A stretch of 64,000 bases of DNA, taken from the NCBI GenBank assembly GCA_038322045.1, contig JBBQFP010000002.1, forward strand, positions 34,326 through 98,325, read 5' to 3'. A program made the position numbers and the translations under genes. The stretch is from Actinomycetes bacterium. GTDB taxonomy: Bacteria; Actinomycetota; Actinomycetes; JBBQFP01. Under the pieces are notes generated by a model. It saw only the letters and a program-made list of their open reading frames with translations, was not told the origin of the DNA and ran no database searches. Below, one piece after another: positions 1-10,606 of the stretch (within the stretch, counting starts at the first letter, position 1; each line of letters starts with the position of its first letter).

Positions 1-155
1 GGACAGCGCCGCGGACTACGGCCGCGACCGGGCCTTCGCCCACGCGGGGCGCGCCCGTGCCGTGCTCGGCGGCGCGGCGCCCGGTGCTCGCCGTCCCTTC
101 TCCCACCTCGACGCCAGAGCCCTGCGCCGCGGGAGTCGCTGACACCGCTCTGCGG

Positions 156-1205
156 TCAGCCCGCCCGACCGGTCCACGCGAGGAGGTCCTCGAGCGGCAG
201 GGTGTTGACGACCATCTCCGGCGTCACCCCGTTGGCTGCGGCGCGGGCGCAGCCGAGGTGCTGCCACTCGAGCTGGCCCGGGGCGTGGGAGTCGGTGTCG
301 ACGCTGAAGCGGCACCCGGCCTCGACGGCGAGGCGGATGAGACGCTGCGGCGGGTCGGCGCGGTCGGGCCGCGCGTTGACCTCGACGGCGACGCCCAGCT
401 GCGCGCACGCCGCGAAGACGATCTCCGCGTCGAACTGGGACTCGGGACGCCCCTTGCCGTCGAGACGACGGCCGGTGCAGTGGCCGAGGACGTCGGTGTG
501 CGGGTTGGCTACCGCGGCGACCATGCGCCTGGTCATCTCGGCGCGGTCCATCCGCAGCTTCGAGTGGACCGAGGCGACGACGACGTCGAGGCGGGCCAGC
601 AACGCCGGCTCCTGGTCGAGGCCGCCGTCGTCGAGGATGTCGCACTCGATGCCGTTGAGCAGGCGGAACGGCGCGAGCTCGGCGTTGATCTCGGCGACGA
701 GGTCGAGCTGGGAACGCAACCGCTCCGGGCTCAGGCCGCGCGCGACGGTCAGCCGGGGCGAGTGGTCGGTGAGTGCCAGGTACTCGTGGCCGAGCTCCTT
801 GGCGGCGAGCGCCATCTCCAGCGGCGGGCTGCCGCCGTCGGACCAGTCGGAGTGCGCGTGCAGGTCTCCGCGGAGGGCCCGGAGCAGCGGCCCGCCGACG
901 GGGTCGGGCTCCGGGCGGTGGTCCTCCTCCTGCAGCCGGCGCAGGTACTCCGGCGTCCCGCCCGCCAGCGCCTCGACGACGACGTCGGCGGTCGCCTTGC
1001 CGATGCCGGTCAGCTCGGTGAGCGTGCCGGCCGCGGAGCGCCGCTCGACCTCACCAGGCGCGAGGCCCTCGACGACGGCAGCCGCCGTCCGGAACGCGCG
1101 CACGCGGTAGGTCGGCTCCGAGGCGCGCTCAAGGAGGTAGGCGATGCGCCGGAGCGCGGCGGCGGGGTCCATGGTTCTGCGGCTACCCGCCGCGCCGGGG
1201 CTCAT
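156..1205 (-). CDS. PHP domain protein (histidinol-phosphatase/Pol X-like PHP fold)
   Basis: Translation shows HAHSDWSDGG, ALTDHS and VASVHS motifs typical of PHP metal-dependent phosphoesterases. Divergent from the fasR-like gene. Start ambiguous between M at 1205 and M at 1172. Confidence 0.6.
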   Translation of the reverse strand: MSPGAAGSRRTMDPAAALRRIAYLLERASEPTYRVRAFRTAAAVVEGLAPGEVERRSAAGTLTELTGIGKATADVVVEALAGGTPEYLRRLQEEDHRPEPDPVGGPLLRALRGDLHAHSDWSDGGSPPLEMALAAKELGHEYLALTDHSPRLTVARGLSPERLRSQLDLVAEINAELAPFRLLNGIECDILDDGGLDQEPALLARLDVVVASVHSKLRMDRAEMTRRMVAAVANPHTDVLGHCTGRRLDGKGRPESQFDAEIVFAACAQLGVAVEVNARPDRADPPQRLIRLAVEAGCRFSVDTDSHAPGQLEWQHLGCARAAANGVTPEMVVNTLPLEDLLAWTGRAG

Positions 1206-1269
1206 GCGCTCATCATCGCCGCCGAGGCTCGAGCCATCGGGCGACGTCGTCCGGCAGGATGGGCCGACC

Positions 1270-2481
1270 ATGCCTCCCCTGCCCTCGCTGCGCCGCGGCC
1301 GCGCCTCGACCGCGCGCCACCTCGAACGCCAGACCGGTGCGCTGGCCTCGGCGGCGATCGCGCGGATGGACGAGCGCTACGCGTGGTACCGGGCGATGTC
1401 GGCCGAGCAGCGCTCCTGGGTCGGGCTGGTCGCGCAGGCGGGGATCGCGGCGTTCGTCGAGTGGTTCCGCGAGCCCGGGCGCCCGCCGGCCATCACCGCG
1501 GACGTCTTCGGCACTGCACCCCTCGAGCTCGCCCGCGCCGTGAGCCTCGAGCAGACCGTCGACATGGTCCGCGTGACCATCGAGGTCGTCGAGGAGCGCA
1601 TCGACGAGCTGGCCGCGCCCGGGGACGCCGAACGCCTGCGCCAGGCGGCGCTGCGGTACTCCCGCGAGGTCGCCTTCGCCACCGCCGGGGTCTACGCGCG
1701 CGCCGCCGAGGCCCGCGGGGCGTGGGACGCCCGACTCGAGGCCCTCGTCGTCGACGGGCTGCTCCGCGGCGAGGCCGACGACTCGCTGCGCTCCCGCGCG
1801 GCCGCTCTCGGCTGGGGCGCGCCGTCCCGGATCGTCGTCGCTGCGGGGACCGCGCCGGACGCCGACCCCGAGACCGTCGTCGGCGCCGTCGCCCGAGCGG
1901 CCCGAAGCAGCCGGCTCGACGTGCTCGCCGGGGTGCAGGGCGACCGGCTCGTCGTCATCCTCGGCGGCGAGCAGGACGCGCTCGCGGGGGTGCGCCGGCT
2001 CGCCAACCAGTTCGGTCCGGGCCCCGTCGTCGTCGGGCCCGCGGTGGGCGACCTGCTCCAGGCGACCCGCTCGGCGCGGGCGGCGCTCTCGGGTCTGGCG
2101 GCCGTGCGGGCCTGGCCGAGCGCCCCACGGGTCGTCACGGCCGACGAGCTGCTCCCCGAGCGCGCGCTCGCCGGAGACGCCGAGGCCCGCGCCATGCTCG
2201 TCGAGGAGGTGTACCGCCCGTTGGCCGAGGCCGGCTCGGACCTCCTGCCGACGGTCGTCGCCTACCTGGAGGAGTCTGCCTCGCTCGAGGCGACGGCGCG
2301 GCTGCTCTTCGTCCACCCCAACACCGTCCGGTACCGCCTCAAGCGGGTCGCCGAGGTGTGCGGACGCTCACCAGCCGAGCGTCGCGACGCCTTCGCGCTG
2401 CAGCTCGCGCTCGTCTACGGCCGTCTGGACGAGCGCTCCGGCACACCCGGCGAGCCCGTGGGCGGCTCGGGCCACTTGTAG
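1270..2481 (+). CDS. fasR: PucR-family transcriptional regulator, FasR/MabR-like (FAS-II regulator)
   Basis: C-terminal PucR HTH (VHPNTVRYRLKRV) and the conserved position immediately upstream of fabD-fabH-acpP-fabF in actinomycetes (SCO2386/Rv2242 synteny, established knowledge). Start chosen at the in-frame ATG 1270 (MPPLPSL), downstream of the track start. Confidence 0.7.
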   Translation: MPPLPSLRRGRASTARHLERQTGALASAAIARMDERYAWYRAMSAEQRSWVGLVAQAGIAAFVEWFREPGRPPAITADVFGTAPLELARAVSLEQTVDMVRVTIEVVEERIDELAAPGDAERLRQAALRYSREVAFATAGVYARAAEARGAWDARLEALVVDGLLRGEADDSLRSRAAALGWGAPSRIVVAAGTAPDADPETVVGAVARAARSSRLDVLAGVQGDRLVVILGGEQDALAGVRRLANQFGPGPVVVGPAVGDLLQATRSARAALSGLAAVRAWPSAPRVVTADELLPERALAGDAEARAMLVEEVYRPLAEAGSDLLPTVVAYLEESASLEATARLLFVHPNTVRYRLKRVAEVCGRSPAERRDAFALQLALVYGRLDERSGTPGEPVGGSGHL

Positions 2482-2560
2482 GAAACCTCCAAGATCGGGA
2501 GGGCGAACTTCGTGGGCGTCGGCACCCCAAAGGGGGCACCGCACCGGGGAGATTGGAGAG

Positions 2561-3514
2561 GTGCTTGTTATCACCGCTCCCGGACAGGGATCACAGACGC
2601 CCGGCTTCCTCGCGCCCTGGCTCGACCTGCAGGGTGCGCCCGAGCGGGTGCGCTGGTGGTCGGCCGTCACGGGCTTGGACCTCGTCCGGCTCGGCACGAC
2701 GGCTGACGCCGACGAGATCCGCGACACCGCAGTCGCGCAGCCGCTGCTCCTCGCCGGGGCACTGCTCAGTGCCGCGGAGCTGTTCCCGCACGGCTTCGAC
2801 CTCGACGACGAGATCGGGGCGGTCGCCGGGCACAGCGTCGGCGAGCTCGCCGCTGCCGTCGTCGCGGGAGCGCTGAGCGCCGAGTCCGCGCTCGTCCTCG
2901 TCCGCGAGCGCGGCCGTGCCATGGCGTCCGCGGCTGCCGCCACTCCCACCGGGATGACGGCGGTGCTCGGCGGTGACGCGCTCGACGTCGAGGCCACCCT
3001 GCACGGCCACGGGCTCACCGCGGCGAACGTCAACGGCGCCGGCCAGGTCGTCGCCGCCGGCACCCTCGAGCAGCTCGCCGCGCTGGCCGCCTCGCCCCCG
3101 GCCGGGGCGCGGCTGCGACCTCTTGCGGTCGCCGGCGCGTTCCACACCGAGCACATGGCGCCCGCCACCGAGCACCTGTCGCGACTCGCGGCAGGGGTGA
3201 CGTTCTCCGAGCCCCAGACCACGCTGCTGTCCAACCTCGACGGCGAGGTCGTCGCCAGCGGCGCCGAGCTGCGCGAGCGGCTCGTCGCGCAGGTCGCCGC
3301 GCCCGTCCGGTGGGACTCATGCCAGCGCACCCTCGCGGGCCTCGGCGCCACCGCCCTCATCGAGCTCGCCCCCGGCGGGACGCTCACGGGCCTCGCCAAG
3401 CGAGCGCTTCCGGGCATCGACGCCGTCGCCCTGCGGACCCCCGACGACCTCGAGGCCGCGCGGACGCTGCTCGACCGCTACCGCAGCACCTACCCCACCA
3501 CCGTGGTGGCGTGA
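2561..3514 (+). CDS. fabD: malonyl CoA-ACP transacylase
   Basis: GQGSQ and GHSVGE active-site motifs. GTG start preceded by GGAGAG. Stop overlaps fabH start (GTGA). Confidence 0.9.
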   Translation: MLVITAPGQGSQTPGFLAPWLDLQGAPERVRWWSAVTGLDLVRLGTTADADEIRDTAVAQPLLLAGALLSAAELFPHGFDLDDEIGAVAGHSVGELAAAVVAGALSAESALVLVRERGRAMASAAAATPTGMTAVLGGDALDVEATLHGHGLTAANVNGAGQVVAAGTLEQLAALAASPPAGARLRPLAVAGAFHTEHMAPATEHLSRLAAGVTFSEPQTTLLSNLDGEVVASGAELRERLVAQVAAPVRWDSCQRTLAGLGATALIELAPGGTLTGLAKRALPGIDAVALRTPDDLEAARTLLDRYRSTYPTTVVA

Positions 3515-4521
3515 GCGTGGCGGCACGCCTGAGCGCGCGCACCGGCTCACCCGGCTCGCGGCTCCTCGGCCTTGGCGCGCACCGACCCGCCCGGGTCGTC
3601 ACCAACGACGAGATCTGCGAGCACATCGACTCCACCGACGAGTGGATCCGCGAGCGCTCCGGCGTCGTCGAGCGCCGCTTCGCCGGAGAAGACGAGTCGG
3701 TCGTCGACATGGCCGTCTCGGCGGCCGAGAAGGCCCTCGCAGCCTCGGGGGTCGCTGCTGGCGAGATCGGCATGGTGCTCCTCGCGACGGTGACCTACCT
3801 CTCGCAGACGCCCTCCGCGGCGGCGCTCGTCGCCGACCGGCTCGGGGCGCACGCGGCCGCGGCGCTCGACATCTCCGCCGCGTGCGCAGGCTTCTGCCAC
3901 GGCGTCGCGCTGGCCGACGACATGATCCGGGCGGGCAACGCCGAGCATGTCCTCGTCATCGGCGTCGAGCGCCTCTCGGACATGGTCGCGCGTGACGACC
4001 GGGGCGCGGCGTTCCTCTTCGCCGACGGTGCCGGCGCCGCGGTCATCGGTCCGTCGCAGACGACGGGTATCGGACCGGTCGTCTGGGGCGCCGACGGTTC
4101 CCAGGGCGAGGCGATCTCCCAGGACGTCCCATGGACCGCTCTGCGCGACGACCCCAGCACCCCGTTCCCGCACCTCACCATGCAGGGCCAGGCGGTGTTC
4201 CGCTGGGCCGTGTTCCAGATGCCCGCCGTCGCCGAGCAGGCGCTCGCCGCCGCGGGGATCACCGTCGACGAGCTCGACGTCTTCGTGCCGCACCAGGCGA
4301 ACCTGCGGATCATCGAGGCCATGGTCAGGCGGCTGCACCTGCCCGAACGGGTCGTCGTCTCCCGCGACATCGTCACGACAGGCAACACCTCAGCGGCGTC
4401 GATCCCGCTTGCGCTCACAGCCTTGCTCGAGCAGGGCGAGGCCTCGAGCGGCGACGTCGCCCTGCTCCTCGGCTTCGGTGCCGGCCTGAGCTACGCCGCC
4501 CAGGTCGTCGTCCTGCCCTAG
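3511..4521 (+). CDS. fabH: 3-oxoacyl-ACP synthase III
   Basis: FabH-like sequence (AACAGF catalytic Cys region, HQANLRI, GNTSAAS). The long track ORF is trimmed to the GTG at 3511, which overlaps the fabD stop. Confidence 0.88.
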   Translation: MSVAARLSARTGSPGSRLLGLGAHRPARVVTNDEICEHIDSTDEWIRERSGVVERRFAGEDESVVDMAVSAAEKALAASGVAAGEIGMVLLATVTYLSQTPSAAALVADRLGAHAAAALDISAACAGFCHGVALADDMIRAGNAEHVLVIGVERLSDMVARDDRGAAFLFADGAGAAVIGPSQTTGIGPVVWGADGSQGEAISQDVPWTALRDDPSTPFPHLTMQGQAVFRWAVFQMPAVAEQALAAAGITVDELDVFVPHQANLRIIEAMVRRLHLPERVVVSRDIVTTGNTSAASIPLALTALLEQGEASSGDVALLLGFGAGLSYAAQVVVLP

Positions 4522-4586
4522 GGCCCCTGAACGCACCACCGGCACCACCAGCACGTCAATCCGTCAACGAACGCAAGGAGCACACC

Positions 4587-4841
4587 ATGGCAGCCACCGA
4601 GCAGGAGATCCTCGACGGTCTCGCAGAGATCGTCAACGAGGTCGCCGGCGTCCCCGCCTCCGACGTCACCCTCGAGAAGTCCTTCACCGACGACCTCGAC
4701 GTCGACTCGCTGTCGATGGTCGAGGTCGTCGTCGCCGCCGAGGAGCGCTTCGGCGTGAAGATCCCCGACGACGACGTCGCCAAGCTCGCGACCGTGGGCG
4801 ACGCCGTCTCCTACATCCAGCGGGCAGGTGTCTCGGCGTGA
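4587..4841 (+). CDS. acpP: acyl carrier protein (AcpM/AcpP)
   Basis: 84 aa with the DLDVDSL phosphopantetheine-attachment motif. AAGGAG RBS 7 nt upstream of the ATG. Confidence 0.9.
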   Translation: MAATEQEILDGLAEIVNEVAGVPASDVTLEKSFTDDLDVDSLSMVEVVVAAEERFGVKIPDDDVAKLATVGDAVSYIQRAGVSA

Positions 4842-6097
4842 CTCCGTCGGGTCACCGCGACGCCCCCCGCGTCGTCATCACTGGGCTGGGTGCCAGCACC
4901 CCGCTCGGTGGGGACGCCGCGAGCACCTGGGAGGGCTTGGTCAACGGCCGGTCCGGGGTCCGGGCGCTGACGCAGGAGTGGGCGCAGGAGCTCCCCTCCC
5001 GCATCGCCGCGACCGCTGCGGTCGACCCGTCCGAGGTCCTGGACCGGGTTGAGGCGCGCAAGCTCGACCGCTCGCAGCAGCTCGCGCTCATCGCCGCGCG
5101 CGAGGCGTGGGCCGACGCCGGCGCCCCGGACATGGACCGTGAGCGCCTCGGCGTCGTCGTGTCCACGGGCATCGGTGGCGCGGTCTCGCTGCTCAACCAG
5201 TGGGACATCATGCGCGAGAAGGGCTTCCGCCGCGTCTCGCCGCACACGGTGCCCATGCTCATGCCCAACGGTCCGGCTGCCGTCGTCGAGCTCGAGCTCG
5301 GTGCCCAGGCGGGGGCGCACTCCCCCGTGAGCGCGTGCGCGTCGGGCTCCGAGGCCCTGTCCTACGCCCTCGACATGATCCGCTACGGGCGGGCCGACGT
5401 CGTCGTCGCGGGAGGCACCGAGGCGTGCATCCACCCGCTGCCCATGGCGGCGTTCGCCGCGATGATGGCCGTGTCGCGTCGCAACGACGAGCCGGAGCGG
5501 GCCTCCCGGCCCTACGACAAGGGCCGCGACGGCTTCGTCTTCGGCGAGGGGGCAGCAGTGCTCGTCCTCGAGTCGGCCGAGCACGCCGCTGCCCGGGGCG
5601 CCAGGGTGTACGCCGAGCTCGCGGGCGCGGGCCTGAGCTCCGACGCCCACCACATCGCCCAGCCCGAGCCCGAGGGCAAGGGGGCCGCCCGCGCCATGCG
5701 CCTCGCGCTGGCCGACGCGGGCCTCACGCCCGAGGACATCGTCCACGTCAACGCGCACGCGACGTCGACCCCCCAGGGCGACATCGCCGAGTCGCTCGCC
5801 ATCCACGCGGCCCTCGGGGAGTGGGGCGGGCACGTCGCCGTCTCGGCGACGAAGTCGATGACCGGGCACCTCCTCGGTGCGGCCGGGGCGGTGGAGTCGA
5901 TGGCGACGGTGCTCGCCCTGCACCACCGGCTGGCACCGCCGACGATCAACCTCGAGGACCCCGACGACGCCGTCAGCCTCGACGTCGTCTCCGGGGAGGC
6001 GCGCGCCCTGCCCGCTGGCCGGATCGCCGCGCTGAACAACTCCTTCGGCTTCGGCGGCCACAACGTCGCCCTGGCCTTCGTCGCTGCCGACGCCTAG
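4838..6097 (+). CDS. fabF: beta-ketoacyl-ACP synthase II (KasA/FabF)
   Basis: KAS II family (CASG active-site Cys, HATSTPQGD, GHLLGAAG). GTG start overlaps the acpP stop. Confidence 0.9.
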   Translation: MTPSGHRDAPRVVITGLGASTPLGGDAASTWEGLVNGRSGVRALTQEWAQELPSRIAATAAVDPSEVLDRVEARKLDRSQQLALIAAREAWADAGAPDMDRERLGVVVSTGIGGAVSLLNQWDIMREKGFRRVSPHTVPMLMPNGPAAVVELELGAQAGAHSPVSACASGSEALSYALDMIRYGRADVVVAGGTEACIHPLPMAAFAAMMAVSRRNDEPERASRPYDKGRDGFVFGEGAAVLVLESAEHAAARGARVYAELAGAGLSSDAHHIAQPEPEGKGAARAMRLALADAGLTPEDIVHVNAHATSTPQGDIAESLAIHAALGEWGGHVAVSATKSMTGHLLGAAGAVESMATVLALHHRLAPPTINLEDPDDAVSLDVVSGEARALPAGRIAALNNSFGFGGHNVALAFVAADA

Positions 6098-6122
6098 GCC
6101 GGCGGCCCAGCCCCCCGGCGGC

Positions 6123-6617
6123 TCAGCCCACCCGGTGGAGCAGCCGCACGGGGGCGCCGTCGCCGGCACGCCGGAACGGCTCGAGCTCGTCGTCCCACGG
6201 CTGGCCGAGCAACCGGCGCACGAGCGCGGCGAGGTCGGCGTCCGCCGCCTCTGCCGATGCCACGGCGGCGGCGAGCCTCGCCTCGGGCACGAGGACCTGC
6301 CCTGCGGCGTCCGTGACGGCGCAGAACATCCCCAGGGCGGGCGTCGAGCAGAACCGCGCGCCGTCGGATCCCGAGGATGGCTCCTCGACGACCTCGTAGC
6401 GGACGCCGGTGCAGCGCCGCAGCGCGGAGGCGAGCAGCGCCGCCGTCCCGGCGCGACCGGCCCAGGTGAGCTCCGCGCGCAGGGATCCGGGCGCGACGGG
6501 CTGGGTGACCCAGTCGAGGGTCACGGGCACGCCAAGAACGCCCGCGAGCGCCCACTCGACGTGGGGGGTCAGCGCGGGCGCGCTGGAGTGGACGTACACG
6601 ACGCCACGTGTGCTCAC
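6123..6617 (-). CDS. DUF3145 domain protein
   Basis: N-terminus STRGVVYVHS matches the DUF3145 family that follows fabF in many actinobacteria. GTG start with an AGGAGG RBS. Trimmed from the 215 aa track ORF. Confidence 0.75.
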   Translation of the reverse strand: MSTRGVVYVHSSAPALTPHVEWALAGVLGVPVTLDWVTQPVAPGSLRAELTWAGRAGTAALLASALRRCTGVRYEVVEEPSSGSDGARFCSTPALGMFCAVTDAAGQVLVPEARLAAAVASAEAADADLAALVRRLLGQPWDDELEPFRRAGDGAPVRLLHRVG

Positions 6618-6735
6618 CGATGCCTCCTGGGGTCGAGGTGCGCCTTCCCCAGCGGCCTCGTCCCGGGCGTGCCCGGTGCAGTGACGAGTCTGCCCCAGCA
6701 GTGCCGTGGCGCGCCAGCCCAGGGCCGGCCGGACC

Positions 6736-7221
6736 TCAGACGAGGACGACGGAGAGCACCCCGGTGCCATAGCCCGGGACGGTGACCTCGAGGTCGAGGC
6801 GACGGCCCAGCGCGGCCGCGGCCGCCCGGATGTCGACCGGCACCGAGTCCCCAGGGCTGTGGACGCCGTAGAGCTTGACGTGCGGCGTGCCCGGCTGGTT
6901 GAGCAGCCCGCTCACGATGTTGAGCACCTCGGCGAGGTTCTCCCGGGCGTTCTCCGGAAGCACCTTGTCCTTGACAGCGTCCTTCGCCGCGCCGGCAGGC
7001 ACGAGGCCCAGCGCCGAGCCGATGAACACCGAGCAGGGCAGGTCGGCCATGACGATCGCCCGGGTTCCCAGGTGCTCGTCGACGTAGATCGCGAGGCTGT
7101 CCGTAGGCACCGAGGCGACAGGGGCGTGCGGGGCGACGTCGACGGCTCGCCCGAGGAGGTCCGCGAGGGTGTCGCGGACCGCCTTGGACGTCGGCAGCTT
7201 CGTGTCACCGGTGGCGCTCAT
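6736..7221 (-). CDS. cheX: CheX-family chemotaxis phosphatase-like protein
   Basis: 161 aa of CheX-like size and composition. Translationally coupled (ATGA) to the upstream cheY. Confidence 0.6.
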   Translation of the reverse strand: MSATGDTKLPTSKAVRDTLADLLGRAVDVAPHAPVASVPTDSLAIYVDEHLGTRAIVMADLPCSVFIGSALGLVPAGAAKDAVKDKVLPENARENLAEVLNIVSGLLNQPGTPHVKLYGVHSPGDSVPVDIRAAAAALGRRLDLEVTVPGYGTGVLSVVLV

Positions 7222-7580
7222 GCAAGCACCGGGTCCAAGTGGTCGGAGAAGGTGTCGGCGGTGAACGGCTTGGCGATGAGGAACGCCGCGCCGGCGGCCG
7301 ACGCCATCTCGCGCATCTCCGCCGAGCCCTCGGAGGTGACGAAGCCGAAGGCGACGGCGTTCCCGCCGGCCCGCAGCGCGCGGAGCAGCTCGATGCCCGA
7401 CATCTCCGGCATGTTCCAGTCCGACAGGACGAGGTCGGGCTTCTCCGAGCCGACGAGGTCGAGGGCCTCGCGGCCGTTGGCGGCCTCGACGAGCTCGTGA
7501 CCGGTGTACCCGGCCTGGCGCAGGGTCCTCGTGACGATCTGCCGCATGACCCGGCTGTCGTCGGCGATGAGGATCTTCAT
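7218..7580 (-). CDS. cheY: CheY-like single-domain response regulator
   Basis: MKILIADDS...DLVLSDWNMPEMSG...KP receiver motifs. Start at MKILIAD with an upstream GAAGGG. Confidence 0.85.
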   Translation of the reverse strand: MKILIADDSRVMRQIVTRTLRQAGYTGHELVEAANGREALDLVGSEKPDLVLSDWNMPEMSGIELLRALRAGGNAVAFGFVTSEGSAEMREMASAAGAAFLIAKPFTADTFSDHLDPVLA

Positions 7581-7582
7581 GA

Positions 7583-8068
7583 TCAGGACTTCCCCTCGTT
7601 CACGCCGGCGTAGACCATGACCGTCACGGCCTCGCCGTTCCAGGCGCCGTCGATGCGGCACACCTCCTCGGCGCCGGGCCAGCTCTGGTGGCTCCCCGGC
7701 TGGGTGACGACGTGCGGTAGCGACAGGGCGCTCGGCGATGCGACGAGGCTCTTGACGTTGCCGCCGATCATGTTGGCGAGCTCACCGACGGCGTCGGCCA
7801 CATCGTCCTCGGACGCCTCGTCCTCGGGCAGGGCGAGGAGCGCGGCCGCGACCATGCGGGCGGCGCGAGCGCTGCACTCGATGATGACGTGGCCCTGCCA
7901 GGCGCCAGTGATCGACACGACGGCGGACGTCGTGGCGTCATGCTCTGCCCAGCGGTGCGGTGCTCCAGCGACGAGCGGGGTGTCGCCGTCGACGTCGAGG
8001 AAGGATCCCCAGACGTCGGCCGTGATGGCCTCGAGGTCCTCCTGGAACGGGGCGACGAGGGTGCTCAT
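7583..8068 (-). CDS. CheX-like protein (second copy)
   Basis: 161 aa CheX-like. Coupled to the upstream cheY by a stop/start overlap. Confidence 0.55.
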   Translation of the reverse strand: MSTLVAPFQEDLEAITADVWGSFLDVDGDTPLVAGAPHRWAEHDATTSAVVSITGAWQGHVIIECSARAARMVAAALLALPEDEASEDDVADAVGELANMIGGNVKSLVASPSALSLPHVVTQPGSHQSWPGAEEVCRIDGAWNGEAVTVMVYAGVNEGKS

Positions 8069-8448
8069 GCGCTGGCCCCCGTCCGGGCGAGACCGAGGAG
8101 GACGAGCTTGTCCTCGATCGCGTCGGGCGTGAACGGCTTCATGAGGTACTCGTGAGCACCAGCCGCCAGAGCACGCACGACCTGGTCGTGCTCGCTCTCC
8201 GTCGTCACCATCATCAGCGTGATCCCTCTCAGCTCCGGTCGTTTGCGTACCTCGGTGATGAACGTGAGTCCGTCCATCACCGGCATGTTCCAGTCCACGA
8301 GCGCGATGTCGGGAACATAGCCGCCGTTGAGCGACTCCAGCGCCTGCGCACCGTCCCCTGCCTCGGTGACCTCGAAGTCCAGCTGCGACAGGATCCTCCG
8401 GAGGATCAGCCGCATCGCTCGCGAGTCGTCGATGACCATCGCGCGCAT
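8065..8448 (-). CDS. cheY: CheY-like response regulator (second copy)
   Basis: MRAMVIDDS...DIALVDWNMPVMDG...KPF receiver domain. Start trimmed to M at 8448. Confidence 0.85.
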   Translation of the reverse strand: MRAMVIDDSRAMRLILRRILSQLDFEVTEAGDGAQALESLNGGYVPDIALVDWNMPVMDGLTFITEVRKRPELRGITLMMVTTESEHDQVVRALAAGAHEYLMKPFTPDAIEDKLVLLGLARTGASA

Positions 8449-8453
8449 GTCAC

Positions 8454-9299
8454 TCACCTCGTCCCGTTGGATCCGGCCAGCGCCACCGCGCGAGCCCTGT
8501 GCACCGACGTCCGGCCGACGACCAGACGCTCCCATCCGTCGTCGACCCCGATGGTCGTCTCAGCCGAGCCCAGGAAAAGGCATCCCCCGGGCTTGAGCAC
8601 CCCCCTCACCCGCTTCAAGATGTCCCTCCTGGTCTGCATGTCGAAGTAGATGAGCACGTTGCGAAGGAACACGACGTCGAAGGCCGGCATGGGCGGGAAC
8701 GCTGTCGCGAGGTTGAGGTGGCGGAACGTCACGAGCCTGCGGACCGCCTCGGAGAGCTGCCACTCCGCTCCTGCACGGGTGAAGTGGCGCACGAGCATGG
8801 GCGCGGGCAGGCCGCGGTTGACCTCGAGCTGCGTGTAGCGACCGGACCGCGACTTCGTGAGCATCTCCTCGGAGATGTCCGTGGCGTGGATCTCGGTCTG
8901 CCAGCCGCGCAGGCCCGCCTCCTCGGAGAGGAGCATGGCGAGGCTGTAGGGCTCCTGGCCGCTCGAGCAGGCTGCCGACCAGATCCGCAGCGAGCGCTGT
9001 TCGGGGTGCTCCGCACGGATGAGGGGCACGACCGTCTTGGTCAGCGCCTGGAACGGCTCGCTGTCTCGGTACCACGAGGTCTCGTTCGTCGTGAGCGCCT
9101 CGACGATCTTCATCTGCGCGGGGCGCCCACCCCGTTGGGCGGCGGAGACGTACTCCCCGATACCCGCGAGGCCGGCCTGGCGCACGAGCGGCGCCAGCCT
9201 CGCCTCCACGAGGTACTCCTTGCTCCGGTCGAGGACGATCGCCGACTCCCGGTAGACAAGCTGCCGGACGAAGTCGAAGTCCGATGCGCTCAGTGACAT
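8454..9299 (-). CDS. cheR: chemotaxis protein methyltransferase
   Basis: 281 aa CheR (SAM-binding GCLFLG region, WSAACSSGQEPYS). The ATG at 9299 overlaps the cheB stop by 1 nt (TGATG). The upstream part of the 722 aa track ORF is a shadow frame. Confidence 0.9.
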   Translation of the reverse strand: MSLSASDFDFVRQLVYRESAIVLDRSKEYLVEARLAPLVRQAGLAGIGEYVSAAQRGGRPAQMKIVEALTTNETSWYRDSEPFQALTKTVVPLIRAEHPEQRSLRIWSAACSSGQEPYSLAMLLSEEAGLRGWQTEIHATDISEEMLTKSRSGRYTQLEVNRGLPAPMLVRHFTRAGAEWQLSEAVRRLVTFRHLNLATAFPPMPAFDVVFLRNVLIYFDMQTRRDILKRVRGVLKPGGCLFLGSAETTIGVDDGWERLVVGRTSVHRARAVALAGSNGTR

Positions 9300-10606
9300 C
9301 AGGCTCCCTTTCGAGTGATACGGGCCGGCAGGAACGACGAGCGGAGGGCGCCTCGCGGGCCAGGGGTCGGAGTGAGGCTCGCCGGTGGCTGCTGGATCCC
9401 GGGCGATCGGGTGATCGGCTTGGCCGCGGCGGTGAGCCCGACGAGGGCTCGAGTCGCGGTGTTGGTCGCGGTCGGCGCCGAGGCGTGGCCGACCCGGTCG
9501 AGCACGGCACGGGAGACGTCGCCGAGCGGCAGGACGGCGTCGGCGAGACCGGCCTCCGTCACCGCGCCGGGCATCCCCCAGACCACCGAGGTCGCGGCGT
9601 CCTGAGCGAGCACCGCACCTCCGAGTGAGCGGATCTCTTCGGCACCCCGTCGTCCGTCCTGGCCCATGCCGGTGAGGACGACGGACAGGACGCCCTCCCC
9701 GTAGACCTTCGCCACCGAGCGGAAGAGCACGTCGACGGCGGGGCGGCAGAAGTTCTCCGGCGGGCCCTCGTGCAGCCGCGTGACGACCTGGGTGCCGCGG
9801 CGGATGACCTCGAGGTGCCGGTCTCCAGGGGCGATGTGCACCGTCCCGGGCGCGAGCACCGTCCCGTCGACGGCCTCGACGACGCGCAGGGCGCACGACC
9901 GGTCCAGGCGCTCGGCAAAGAGGCGGGTGAACAGCGGAGGCATGTGCTGGACGACGACGACGGGCACGGGGAAAGACGCCGGTAGGGCCGCGAGGACCTT
10001 GTTCAGGGCGTCGGGACCACCGGTTGACGCGCCGACGGCGAGGACCGTGACGGGCTGCTTGGAGCGCCCGGGTCGCAACGCCCGCGTCGCGCTTGCTGGG
10101 GCCGTGCGGGCGAGGGCAGCCGCCGTAGCACGTCCGGCTGCTGAAGGGCGCGGGCCGCACAGGGCGTGGATCCGCGGGACGAGCTGGCTGCGGATCGCCT
10201 CGAGGGACGCGGCGATGCTGCCGACGTTCGAGGGCTTGGTGACGTAGTCGGTGGCACCGGCCGCGAGCGCGTCGAGAGTGGCCGAGGCGCCCGCCGCGGT
10301 GAGCGTGCTGAACATGATCACCGGGAGGTTCGGCCGGGTGACCCTCAGCGCGCGCAGGGTCTCGATGCCGTTCATCTCCGGCATCTCGATGTCGAGCGTG
10401 ATGATGTCGGGAGCGAGCTGGTCGAGCTTGGCGAGGGCGACCTTGCCGTTGGGAGCCGTACCGACGACCCGGATGCCCGGGTCGGCGGAGAGCACGTCGG
10501 TCACCATGCGGCGCACGACGACGGAGTCGTCGACGACGAGGACCGAGATCGGTGTCACGTGCGCCTCCGCAGACGATGCCGGCGGGAGGGGTCCCGCCTT
10601 CGACAC
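9299..10606 (-). CDS. cheB: protein-glutamate methylesterase/response regulator
   Basis: N-terminal receiver ([12 protein letters not shown]) plus C-terminal methylesterase (GASTGGP, HMPPLFT, GMGQDG). Confidence 0.9.
   Translation of the reverse strand: MSKAGPLPPASSAEAHVTPISVLVVDDSVVVRRMVTDVLSADPGIRVVGTAPNGKVALAKLDQLAPDIITLDIEMPEMNGIETLRALRVTRPNLPVIMFSTLTAAGASATLDALAAGATDYVTKPSNVGSIAASLEAIRSQLVPRIHALCGPRPSAAGRATAAALARTAPASATRALRPGRSKQPVTVLAVGASTGGPDALNKVLAALPASFPVPVVVVQHMPPLFTRLFAERLDRSCALRVVEAVDGTVLAPGTVHIAPGDRHLEVIRRGTQVVTRLHEGPPENFCRPAVDVLFRSVAKVYGEGVLSVVLTGMGQDGRRGAEEIRSLGGAVLAQDAATSVVWGMPGAVTEAGLADAVLPLGDVSRAVLDRVGHASAPTATNTATRALVGLTAAAKPITRSPGIQQPPASLTPTPGPRGALRSSFLPARITRKGA

Noticed and set aside
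57-2876. 939-aa plus-strand ORF spanning the PHP and fasR region
   Set aside because: Arg/Pro/Gly-rich antisense shadow ORF typical of high-GC DNA. It overlaps the well-supported PHP and PucR-family genes.
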